Below, piece by piece: positions 11,936-24,400 of a DNA stretch of 64,000 bases. Each line of letters begins with the position of its first letter. The first letter of the stretch is position 1. Under the pieces are notes generated by a model that was not told the DNA's origin, did not search any database, and worked only from the letters and a program-made list of their open reading frames with translations. The stretch lies in contig NW_024704768.1 in assembly GCF_018977255.1 (NCBI RefSeq), positions 2,914,001 through 2,978,000 on the forward strand, given 5' to 3'. Both the position numbers and the translations under genes were made by a program. The DNA is from Callorhinchus milii (Eukaryota).

Positions 11936-14512
11936 GGCGCCCGGCTTGTGAATGTTTGTGTTGCGCTCGTCCCCCATGACCGGGTCGGGGCAACGAAATA
12001 GCAGTGGTGGAGATTTAGCTTCTTTTGTAAGCCAGTTTCTAAGTAATAATAATAGTAATAATAATAATAAATACTCCTCGCATTTGATACAGCGTCTTAT
12101 CACGTCTTCGAGACGTCTCAAAGCGCTCCACGGGATACGAATTTTGACTGTATGTTTTCTGGGCGAAACGCGGCAGCCGATCGCGCACAGCAGCGTCCCC
12201 CGCAAACAGTCGCGGGTCCAAATAATTTGCTATTATTATTATTATTATTATTATTATTATCATTTTTTTCCGAAGGGATTGTCAGAGCGTCAGCGCTGTC
12301 GTGGAACGATCCCGTTCTACAGAAGTCAGGAAACGATGGCTTTGAATAGCTGCGAATGTATGAGCGTACGACAAGGAACCAAAACAAAGTACTTTACACG
12401 TGGGAAAGGATGGGGGGGAGTGGGGAGGGGGGGTTGGGAGAGAGAGAGAGGACACAGGGTTGCGGAGGGGGTGGGGGGAGACAATTACTTGGCTTCCCCG
12501 CCAGAAACACGGCTCTGATCGTGCAAAGCGACGGAAAGGATATATTCGAACAGCGTCGGACGTGCTGTATAATTACATATTTTAATCGAAAGTCTATAGT
12601 TTTATTAAATAGCTCGGACATATATTTTGCGTGATAATGGAGAATTTATGACAAAGCTTTAGTTTCCCCCCCCCACCCCCCCCCCACCCCTCACCCCCCC
12701 AAAAAAAATACATATAATATATTATTTGTACACTGTTATTTACTTGTGTGTGTATTATCGTGCCAATTGCTGGCTGACCGTGTGTATGTACCCGTTTGTC
12801 TGTATACCGTGTGTGTACGCGCCCGTTTCTCAAGTACACCGCGTCTCTGATGTAATGAATCGCTGGCGTTTTGCTCGTTGTCATTTCGAACGCGGCTCAG
12901 AAATCCCTCGAGCGTTCCCGTCGGCCGTCGGCGGAGGAATCGTGAGAGGGGCAAATGTCGGAATCGATTCCGGGCCTCGGCGGAGACCTCGGGGGATCTC
13001 GTTGCGTTTTTCACGCGGCGCCCCGTCGCGTCTTCGAGACCGTCTCGAAGCGCTTGGCAGGAGGCGCCCGTCAGGCGAATTGACCGTCACAAACGGCCGT
13101 GGGTTGAGTGACCGAACGAAACAACGTCCCGATGCAGTCTGCGTTTCACAGTCACCCGCGTGGGGGAAATGTTTTCGGATTTCGGAAAGACTCTACGCGC
13201 CCGCGCGCTCGCGCCCGCGCGCTCGCACCCACGCGCTCCAACCTGCCACGCGGTGACTGCTTGTCCTACTGTTTCTATGTGCGACGGGGGGTCTCCGCGA
13301 GTCGGGTCTGACCGACTCCCACGTGGCTTTCCGGCGCAGAAAAGATTTTGGGGACGTTTAAACCGCCGTCACCTTCTATTGCACAAGAAGGAATGCAAGC
13401 CGACCGGTTAACAAGGCGCACGAGTTATCAGCCGCGGAATTTAAAACCGGTCGGTCTAGTAACGACCCATTGGATCCGCGCAGTTAGCGATTTCCTCCTG
13501 AGATGCTGCGAAATACAAATTGGCCGATTCTCCTGAGAGAGGTGTTCAGTGGGAAGACCTTTCACTACATACCCCGTCCTCCTTCCTGAAAACACTCGGC
13601 TTCGGGACGGGTCTCAAATGCGCTCCGCGGAGAAGTGGCGTAGCGGCGGATTGCGCAGCCTGAGGGCGGAACGCCAGAGCCAAGAGCGCACGGCGGCGTT
13701 CCCCGCAAACAGTGGTGGATTGAAGTGACCGACGTGTCTTTTCTTAAGGAATTATTACTCCCGGAAAAGCGAACCGACAGTCGAACAACAACCTACTTCG
13801 CTGCTAAGTAAACAGAGGCGTGTGTGTGCGTGTGTGTGGAGTAAGGAAACTTGCCCAACTTGCCCAACTTGCCCAACTTGCCCAACTTGGCCTCGCCTCC
13901 TCCCTTTCCTCCTTCAAGGCCGGTCTCAAGACCTTTCTCTTCGACCGCGCCTTCGGCTCCCCTCCCGACTCTCTCCCCCCTCCTCGCCCCCTCCCTTCCC
14001 TCCCCTCACCCTGACCATTTCCCCCCCGCCACACCCCCCAATGCTCGGCTCCCGACCCAACCGTCCAGCGCCTCGGGACGTCCCCCCCCCCCCCGACGTG
14101 AAAGGCGCTCTGTGAATGGAATCTTGCCGTCGTCGTCGCTTTCGCCCCGACCCGGCCCGGCCCGGCCGGGAATCGAACCCCGGGGTCTCCCTGCCGGGGA
14201 GCGAAGGGGATTGGAAAACGAGCGCGAGGTGTCCTTGAGGAAGGGGTTGGAAAGGTGGGAGTGGATCCAATCTCAAAGCACTTTATTTCATAGTTCAAAA
14301 AAAGAACTCCTGGTATTTGACACAGTGCCCGGAGGGACCTCTTGTTGGGCCCCAGAAAAGGAACCATCAATTTTATTTGAAGGCTTTTGGGTTGAAAGCG
14401 AAGAGAAGAAAAATTCCCTTTTCTTTCCGGGTAATGCTCAGCGTTTAGTTGAAGGGACAGACGGCACTTTGGCACTTCTGCTCCCGCAGCGCTCCCCCCC
14501 CAACCAGGACCC

Positions 14513-15243
14513 CACACACACTCACTGACACACTCACTGACACACTGACACTCTCACTGACCCACTCACTGACACACTCACTGGCACACTCACTGACACA
14601 CTCACCACCCCTCACTGACACACTGACACACTCACTGACACACTCACTGACACACTCACCAACACACTCACTGACACACTCACCAACACACTCACTGACA
14701 CACTCACCAACACACTCACTGACACACTCACTGACACACTCACTGACACTCACTGACACACTCACCATCCCTCACTGGCACACTCACTGACACACTCACT
14801 GACACACTCACCACCCCTCACTGACACACTCACTGACACACTCACCATCCCTCACTGGCACACTCACTGACACACTCACTGACACTCACTGACACACTCA
14901 CCGACACTCACTGACACACTCACTGACACACTCACTGACACACTCACTGACACACTCACCATCCCTCACTGACACACTCACTGACACACTCACTGGCACA
15001 CTCACTGACACACTCACTGACACACTCACTGGCACACTCACTGACACACTCACTGACACACTCACCATCCCTCACTGACACACTCACTGACAGTGTCACT
15101 ATCTCTCACTGACACACTCACTATCACTCACTGACACACTCACTATCTCTCACTATCACTCACTGACACACTCACTATCTCTCACTGACACACTCACTGA
15201 CACACTCACTATCTCTCACTATCACTCACTGACACACTCACTC
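14513..15243. repeat. Minisatellite, about 12-bp unit CTCACTGACACA
   Basis: Tandem array with variants (ctcaccatcc, ctatct), lying immediately upstream of the promoter at 15255. Confidence 0.95.
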
Positions 15244-15254
15244 CAGACTCCTCC

Positions 15255-15550
15255 CCCATTGGCTGCAACGGTAACATTCACTGTATCCATTGCCCTGAGC
15301 TGATTGGCCACCTCCCGGGGGGGGCGGGGCGGAGCTCACGGGCTCGTCCAATAGCAGCCGAGCAGAGCGCCAGCTAACCCGCTGCAGCGGCGCCGATTGG
15401 TTGGTTCGGCGGGAGGGCGGGGCGTGACGTCACAAGGGGGAGGCGGACCGCGCGTTTCCATTGGTCAAGGGGCGGGGCGGCGGCCGCTGATTGGCTGAGC
15501 CCGAGTGTCGGTCAGTCCGAGCCTTAGGGTTCAACCTCAGCCGCCGCTCC
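15255..15550 (+). promoter_or_regulatory. CpG-rich promoter of the PLEKHA3-like gene
   Basis: Several CCAAT/ATTGG boxes, GGGGCGGGG GC boxes and a palindromic CRE TGACGTCA at 15425-15432. The first coding exon lies about 2.3 kb downstream, across assembly gaps. Confidence 0.7.
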
Positions 15551-15780
15551 TNNNNNNNNNNNNNNNNNNNNNNNNNNNNNNNNNNNNNNNNNNNNNNNNN
15601 NNNNNNNNNNNNNNNNNNNNNNNNNNNNNNNNNNNNNNNNNNNNNNNNNNNNNNNNNNNNNNNNNNNNNNNNNNNNNNNNNNNNNNNNNNNNNNNNNNNN
15701 NNNNNNNNNNNNNNNNNNNNNNNNNNNNNNNNNNNNNNNNNNNNNNNNNNNNNNNNNNNNNNNNNNNNNNNNNNNNNNNN

Positions 15781-17312
15781 AGACACAGAAGAGAACACAG
15801 AGAGACACAGAAGAGAGAGACACAGAGAAAAAGACACAGAGAGAGAGAAGAACACAGTGACACAGAGAGAGAGACACAGAGGAGAGAGACACAGAGAGAG
15901 ACACACAGTGACACANNNNNNNNNNNNNNNNNNNNNNNNNNNNNNNNNNNNNNNNNNNNNNNNNNNNNNNNNNNNNNNNNNNNNNNNNNNNNNNNNNNNN
16001 NNNNNNNNNNNNNNNNNNNNNNNNNNNNNNNNNNNNNNNNNNNNNNNNNNNNNNNNNNNNNNNNNNNNNNNNNNACACAGTGACACAGAGAGAGAGACAC
16101 AGAGAGAGAGAGACACACAGTGACACAGAGAGAGAGACACAGTGACACAGAGAGAGAGACACAGAGAGAGAGACACAGTGACACAGAGAGAGAGACACAG
16201 AGAGAGAGAGACACACAGTGACACAGAGAGAGAGACATAGAGAGAGACACAGTGACACAGANNNNNNNNNNNNNNNNNNNNNNNNNNNNNNNNNNNNNNN
16301 NNNNNNNNNNNNNNNNNNNNNNNNNNNNNNNNNNNNNNNNNNNNNNNNNNNNNNNNNNNNNNNNNNNNNNNNNNNNNNNNNNNNNNNNNNNNNNNNNNNN
16401 NNNNNNNNNNNNNNNNNNNNNNNNNNNNNNNNNNNNNNNNNNNNNNNNNNNNNNNNNNNNNNNNNNNNNNNNNNNNNNNNNNNNNNNNNNNNNNNNNNNN
16501 NNNNNNNNNNNNNNNNNNNNNNNNNNNNNNNNNNNNNNNNNNNNNNNNNNNNNNNNNNNNNNNNNNNNNNNNNNNNNNNNNNNNNNNNNNNNNNNNNNNN
16601 NNNNNNNNNNNNNNNNNNNNNNNNNNNNNNNNNNNNNNNNNNNNNNNNNNNNNNNNNNNNNNNNNNNNNNNNNNNNNNNNNGAGAGACACAGTGACACAG
16701 AGAGAGAGAGAGAGACACAGACACACAGTGACACAGAGAGAGAGAGAGAGACACAGACACACAGCGACACAGAGAGAGAGACACAGACACACAGTGACAC
16801 AGAGAGAGAGAGAGAGACACAGAGAGAGACACAGACACACAGTGACACAGAGAGAGACACAGACACAGAGAGACACAGACACACAGTGACACAGAGAGAG
16901 ACACAGACACACAGTGACAGAGAGAGAGAGACACAGAGAGACACAGACACAGAGAGACACAGACACACAGTGACAGAGAGAGAGAGAGAGACACAGACAC
17001 ACAGTGACACAGTGAGAGAGAGAGACACAGAGAGACACAGGGACACAGTGACACAGACACAGACACAGAGAGAAACACAGACGCACAGTGACACAAGAGA
17101 GAGAGAGAGAGACACAGAGAGGGACACAGTGACACAGACACACAGTGACACAGACACACAGAGAGACACACACAGAGAGACACAGACACACAGTGACACA
17201 AAGAGAGAGACACAGACACACAGTGACACAGAGAGAGACACAGACACACAGTGACACAGAGAGAGACACAGACACACAGTGACACAGAGAGAGACAGACC
17301 CACAGTGACACA
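15781..17312. repeat. Compound (GA)n/GACACA/CAGTGACA satellite interrupted by gaps
   Basis: Directly visible; source of the spurious 763-830 aa ORFs. Confidence 0.95.
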
Positions 17313-17806
17313 NNNNNNNNNNNNNNNNNNNNNNNNNNNNNNNNNNNNNNNNNNNNNNNNNNNNNNNNNNNNNNNNNNNNNNNNNNNNNNNNNNNNNNNN
17401 NNNNNNNNNNNNNNNNNNNNNNNNNNNNNNNNNNNNNNNNNNNNNNNNNNNNNNNNNNNNNNNNNNNNNNNNNNNNNNNNNNNNNNNNNNNNNNNNNNNN
17501 NNNNNNNNNNNNNNNNNNNNNNNNNNNNNNNNNNNNNNNNNNNNNNNNNNNNNNNNNNNNNNNNNNNNNNNNNNNNNNNNNNNNNNNNNNNNNNNNNNNN
17601 NNNNNNNNNNNNNNNNNNNNNNNNNNNNNNNNNNNNNNNNNNNNNNNNNNNNNNNNNNNNNNNNNNNNNNNNNNNNNNNNNNNNNNNNNNNNNNNNNNNN
17701 NNNNNNNNNNNNNNNNNNNNNNNNNNNNNNNNNNNNNNNNNNNNNNNNNNNNNNNNNNNNNNNNNNNNNNNNNNNNNNNNNNNNNNNNNNNNNNNNNNNN
17801 NNNNNN

Positions 17807-18454
17807 GAGTGCTGCACAAATGGACCAACTACTTGAGTGGTGAGAGTCAGTGGATTGAATCCCAACCCCTCTCCCGGGTTCCTCCTCCTCTTCTTCCTCA
17901 TAACGATCCTCGTCTCCGACCCGGCGCCCCATCGCGTCTTCCGGACGTCTCAAAGCGCTCCGCGGGACACGCTGTAAAGTGTAGTGACTGTGCGACGTTC
18001 CCCCGCCCCCACCCACCCCCGCAAACAGCGGTGAAATTGATCATTATTATTATTTTTTTTGGGTGGGGAAGGGATTATTACCCCCGGAAAAGCCATCCGC
18101 CGATCGACCGATCGACCTACTGACTGCTGGTAAACAGGCGTGTGCGCGTGTGCGCGCGGACGTGCGTGTGCGCGGACTCCAGAGAGGCGGACTCCGGTTT
18201 CCCCGGACGTTCCCGCCGCTGTTTTCTTTCGCACCAGGTCCGGCGACGGGATCCCAGCGACGCTTCGCCCCGGACGCGGGCGACATCCTCGTACCCGAGC
18301 AAACAGCACGACATGACTCTCCAGACTTTTCTTCCCGGCCGGAGGTTCCCGGCGAACGAGCGGCGCCTCCGGGTCTCCGGATCGCCCCCCGCGCCCCTCT
18401 CCGCGCCCCTCGCCCTCGGCGGCCGCGCTCTCTGCCCCGAAGCTTTGGAGCTCT

Positions 18455-18496
<42 letters not shown>

Positions 18497-21400
18497 AATC
18501 CCTCCGCCTCACCTCTTCCTTCCCTCTTCTTGACCTTCCTCTTCGACCGCGGTCACCTTCCTCCCCCTCCCCCCCCCCCACCCACCACCCCAACAACAAC
18601 AACAGCTCAGTGTCGGGCTCCGCCACTGTTAATCGCTCCCGGGCACTGCCCAGCGTAACGGGCACTATATATCTACATACATATACACATACACACACGC
18701 TCTGCTGTCGTTGTTGTCGTTGTTGTGGTGGTGGCATTTTAACCCGGGCTGTGCCCCCTTTCCCGTTGGCAGGTTGGCAGCCCCGGTACTTCGTGCTCCA
18801 CGGCACCATCTTCTCGTACTACGACTCGCAAGAGGACGTCGGCAAAGGGAGCAAAGGGAGCATCAAGATGGCCGTGTGCGAGATAAAAGGTGCGGGTGAC
18901 CCGGAAGGGGCGGACGAACTTGCGCGGGAGAGAGAGCGCGAGAGAGAGAGAGAGAGAGAGAGAGCGGCTGTTGGGAGTCCCCGCGGCTCGGAGGTCAGGT
19001 TCGATTCCCGGGTGGGGGGGCGGTGGGGTGGGGGGGGGGGGGGTCAGGACGGGGCGAAACTTTGGGCAATGCTGTGCGCAAATTGGCTGCCGCGTTCCGC
19101 CCACAAAATACACTTCACAGCGCACCCCATGAAGCGCTGTGCGACGCCTCGACGACGTGACATCGAATGCGAGGATTATTATTCATATTAATGTTATTAT
19201 TATTATTAATATTATCATCCCAAAGGCTTTTTCTTCAGATAATTCACGTGCCTTTGGCCATCTCCCTGCCGCCCTCCCTGCCCTGCCCCTCCCTGCCCCT
19301 GCCCTCCCTACCCTGCCCTCCCACCCCTGCCCTCCCTACCCCTGCCCTCCCTACCCCTGCCCTCCCACCCCTGCCCTCCCTACCCCTGCCCTCCCTACCC
19401 CTGCCCTCCCTACCCCTGCCCTCCCTGCCCTCCCGCCCTCCCTACCCCCCGCCCTCCCTACCCCTGCCCTCCCTGCCCCTGCCCTCCCTGCCCTGCCCTC
19501 CCTAGCCCCTGCCCTCCCTACCCCTGCCCTCCCTGCCCCTGCCCTCCCTGCCCCTGCCCTCCCTGCCCTGCCCTCCCTACCCCTGCCCTCCCTACCCCTG
19601 CCCTCCCTGCCCCTGCCCTCCCTGCCCCTGCCCTCCCTCCCCTGCCCTCCCTGCCCCTGCCCTCCCTACCACCTGTGGGAAGGTGGGAAAACCTTCCCAC
19701 ACGCCCCCTCTTGAAAGAGAAAGCCGGGATCTTCCTCGTCCTAAGAGGCGACGAAATTAATGACCGCTCGTCTCTGTGGGATGGGACGTTGCGAGGCATT
19801 GCGTGGCCGAGCGCTTGGACGAGTTGTCGCGCTCTGGAAAGCCTTGTGTTCCCGGATAATATTAATAATAACATTACTAATAGTCCTTGCCTTTGACCCG
19901 GCGCCTTATCGCGTCTCCGAGACGTCTCGAAGCGCTTCCGCAGGAGACCCTGTAAAGTGAATCGACCGTGTATTTCGTGGGCGAAACGCGGCAGACGTTC
20001 ACCCCCCCCAACCCCACCCCACTCCGCGCCACACACACTTCCTTGTCCCTTCCCGTGCCCTCCGCCCCGCCATCGGCGCCCGCGCTTTCAGCCGCTACGC
20101 CCCCCCCCCCAAACCTGTGGGACTCTCTCCCTCAATTCCCTGCGCCCCCCCCCCCCCCCTCCCTTCTCCCCATTTTCAGGTCGCTTTCTCTTCGACCTAC
20201 CGTGCCTACGGTCACCTCCCCGTCTCCCCCCCCCTGGCTCGGCAATCGCGCTCTGCCGCCGTTAAGCGCTCCGAGACGCCGCCCGGCATGAAGGGCGCTG
20301 CGTCAATGCAAGTTGTTGTTGTCGGACCCGCTATGGCTTAGCCTCTAAAGCGTTTGCGAAGCCTCTCTCTCTCTGTCGCGCTCTCTCTCGCTCTCGCTTT
20401 GTCCTGCGATACTAACCATTTGTGCTCCGACGTTAGTCCACATGGCGGACAACACCCGGATCGACCTGGTTATCCCGGGGGAGCAGTATTTCTACCTGAA
20501 GGCTGTCAACGCTGCGGAGAGGCAGAAGTGGTTGGTGGCGCTGGGCAGCGCCAAGGCCTGCCTGGCAGACGTCAGGACCAAAAAGGAGAGAGGTAATAAG
20601 TCCTCCCTGCTTTCATCTCCCGAAGTTGCCGGTCGCAAGCGTCGGCAGAGGCGGCTCGTTTTGCGCCGCAGTGAGCGCGCGGAGGTAGACGTTGCGGAGG
20701 TAACTAACGGTGTTACGGGGCAAATCCTCATTTTAGAATAGTAATAATAATAACAGTAATATTAATAGCCCTTGCATTTGACACACCTTATCACGTCTCG
20801 AAGCGCTTCGCCGGTTATACCGCAAAGCGAATTGACTGCAGTGTTTTGTGGGCGAAACGCGGCAACCAATTGCGCACAGCAGCGTTCCCCCCACAAACAG
20901 CCGTGGATCGAGGGACCCAATTATTATTATTGCTTATTTATTTTGAAGGGATTATTACCCCCAGAAAAAGCCAATCGACTAACAACCGGGTGCCTACTTA
21001 CTGCCGGGTAACCAGAGGCGCGCACGCGCGTGTGGCGTGTGTGTGCGTGTGCGTGTGCGTGCGTGTGTGTGGAGTAAGGAAACTTGCCCAACATTTCACC
21101 CTGACCCGGGAATCGAACCCAGGTCCTCTCGCTTGCGAGGCGAGAGGGCTCTAACCACCGAGCTACAGGTCCGTACTATGAGTACCATGAACATAGTAGG
21201 GCTGGAACCCACAAGCTTCTGACCCAGGAGGAAGGAGATACCAACAGAGTCAAAGCTAACGTCTCAGGTATCCCGACCTGCGACTGAAATATCACATCGT
21301 AATTTCTTTCCAGTGCAAATAGGATGGAGTATTGGGTGTAAATAGGACGGTTTTGGGACTGAATAGAGCTGAGCCGAACCATAATGGACGTGATCCCCAG

Positions 21401-24400
21401 TAAACTATAACTGGAGCACAGCAGCGTCCCCCCCGCACTCTCTCTCTCTCTCTCTCTCTGGAGGGACGACCCCCCCTCCCCCACCATCCCCCCACCGCTT
21501 ACCTAATTCCGGAGAGTATTAGGCGCAGGTTGGCAAGAGCCAAGCCTTGTGTGTGTGGGGGTGAGCCCAGAGTGTGCGTCGGGGGTAACTGCTGGAGTGT
21601 AACCAGTAAAGTCGCACTGATACCGTTGAGAACCAGTACTGTGCACCGATGCACCTTTTAATCAGCAAATGTGATTTAGTTGTACAGCACAGAAGGAAAA
21701 CCATTTGCCGATCGCCTTTCCAAGAGCTCTTTGTCCAGTTCCACTTCCTCTCCCTTTCTCCTGTAGCCCTTTTGTATTTTTCTTTCTTAAACGTCAGCCC
21801 TATTAATATTTGCGTTCGGACGGGACTTTGAACTCATGGCGTTGGCTGATACCTTGCGGTGCTGGGAGCGAATGAGATACAGTGCAGGTGCAGTCCTTTG
21901 GATGAGACGTTTTCCTTTTCTGTAGGGCCTTAAACGCCTGAGGGGTCCCTGTGGCTCAGCGGTTAGAGCCCTCTCGCCTCGCGAGCGAGAGGACCCGGGT
22001 TCGATTCCCGGGCAGGAGCGAAACATTGGGCAAGTTTCCTTACTCCACACACACACACACACACACGCGCGCCCACGCACACGCGCCCACGCACACGCGC
22101 ACGCACACGCCTCTGTTTATTTACCCAGCAAGTAAGTTGTTAGTCGATCGGCAGATCGCTTTTCCAGGGGGTAATAATCCCTTCAAAAAGATGAATAAAT
22201 AACGATAATGCGGTCACTCAATCCGCGACTTGTTTGCGGGGGACGCCGCTGGGCTCAACCGGCTGCCGCGTTTCGCCCACAAAATCCCGCGAAGCGCCTT
22301 TGAGACGTCTCGGAAGACGCGATGAGGCGCCGGATCAAACGCGAGGAGCATTACTGCTATCGCTATCGTTATATACATCGTCACAGCGCCTTTGGGACGT
22401 CCTCCCGACGTGAAAGGCGCTCTGTGAATGGAATCTTGTTGTTGTTGTTGTTGTATATCTTGACCTCTGTGTTCGTCCGTCATTCTGAAATCTGCAGATA
22501 TCAGCGAGAACGACGATTGCTTGAAATCCAAAATGTCTGAGCTGCGGCTGTATTGTGACTTGCTGATGCAGCAGGTACATAAGATCCAGGAGTCCGCACA
22601 CCCCATGGAGTGTGGTTCCACTCCCGACGTTGAGGTAGCGTAAACCTCATTGCTTCGGTGGCCACGCACCTTTGAGTTCAGCTCAGTGGTCAGAGCCCTC
22701 GCACCCCGCAAGCGAGGGAGGACCCGGGTTCGATTCCCGGGCGGGTCGGGTCGGGTCGGGTCAGGTCGGGGCGAAACGTTGGGCAAGTTTCCTTACTCCA
22801 CACGCCTCTTGTTTACTCAGCAGTGTGTAGGAACCCGGTTGTTAGTTGATCGGCGGATCGCTTCTCTGGGGGTAATAATACCGCCAACGCAAGGTTATTA
22901 AAAAAAAATAATAATTTGCTCACTCAATCCACGACTGTTTGTGGGACGCTGCTGTGCGCAATTGCCTTCCGCGCTTCCCCCGCAAAACACACAGCCACTA
23001 CACCATAAGACCATAAGACGTAGGAGCAGGAGGAGGCCATTCGGCCCCTCGAGCCTGTGCCCCGCCATTTAATAAGATCATGGCTGATCTTCTAACCTAT
23101 TTCCATTTACCCGCCCTCTCCCCATATCCCTTAATCCCTCTACCCTTCAGAAATCTATCAACCTCAGTCTGGAATATGTTCAAGGACTGACTGAGCATCC
23201 GCAGCCTTCTGGGGTAGAGAATTCCACAAATTCACTACCCTCTGAGTCAAGAAATGTTTCCTCAACTCAGTTCGAAAAGGCTGAGCCTTAATCTTGAGAC
23301 GACGACCCCCTCGTTTTAGATTCTCCAACCAAGAGAAACAGTCTCACGGCATCTACCCTCTCTCTATACGCCTTACAGTGTGTCCCGTGAAGCGCTTTGA
23401 GACGTCTCGAAGACGCGATGAGGCGCCGAATCAAACGCGAGGGTCATTAACCCTCCGAGCGGGTCATCTGTGCGCCGCGGGGGGAGAAGTTCGGGAGGAT
23501 TTTAACGGTGAACGTTTTCTCCGCGGAACGCAAACGCCGAGTTTCTTTTTTGGTTTAAAAAGATCCAAACTAAGCCGTAGGTCTTCGCTTGCAGAAAATG
23601 AACGAAGCGTCCTCGTTGCTTAAAGCCACGTGCAATACCTTCATAAACACCCTGGAGGACTGTATGAAGATAGCAAGTGTCAAGATCGCCCCAGAGCTTC
23701 TCACACCCCCGGAATCCACGGTTGTCCATGTTACCTCCACGCCGCTTCGCAGGGTTGGTGAATTTCCTATCACGTCTATCCTCCACCACCTATTATTGAG
23801 GCCTGTGGCTCAGTGGTTAGAGCGAGAGGGACCCGGGTTCGATTCCCGGGGGGTGGGACGGGCACGGTCAGGTCGGGTCAGGGCGAAACCTTGGGCAAGT
23901 TTCCTTACTCCACACGCACACGCGCACACACACACACACACACACGCGTGCCTCTGTTTACCCAGCAGTGTGCCCGGGAACCCGGTTGTTAGTCGATTGG
24001 TGGATCGCTTTCCAGGGGGTTAATAATCCCTTCAAAAAAAAATAATAATAATAATAATTTGGTCACTTCAATCCGCGGCTGTTTTCTGGGAGGACTCCGC
24101 TGTGCGCAGTTGGCCGCCGCCTTTCGCCCCACAAAATCCACAAGTCGCTACACTTCGCGGTGGGTCCTGCGAAGCGCTTTCTGAGACGTCTCGAAGGCGT
24201 GGTAAGGCGGCTGTGTCCATTGCGAGGATTATTATTATTAGCGTTATTATTACTATCGCATCGAGAGTTTGACCCGTGAGCCGCGAGATGTGTACGTTCT
24301 TCAGTTTTCTTCCTCGTTTTAACACTCCAGGTCCGACGTTCCGTGAGTCACACCGGTGTCGCGCCTGACAGGTACGTACCGGGTAAGACCAAGCGTTTTT

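Noticed and set aside
9000-15250. Divergent FKBP7/FKBP14-like gene sharing the PLEKHA promoter, as at human PLEKHA3 and PLEKHA8
   Set aside because: I could not find FKBP or EF-hand/HDEL coding sequence on the minus strand by eye; a TBLASTN would be needed to exclude decayed remnants.
15430-18016. 763-830 aa Cys/Val/Ser/Leu-rich ORFs
   Set aside because: Translations of (GA)/(CA) satellites and N gaps.
21941-22020. tRNA-Ala genes (also at about 52379, 28050, 22670, 43380)
   Set aside because: The acceptor stem is not intact and each runs into the SINE body; they are SINE heads.
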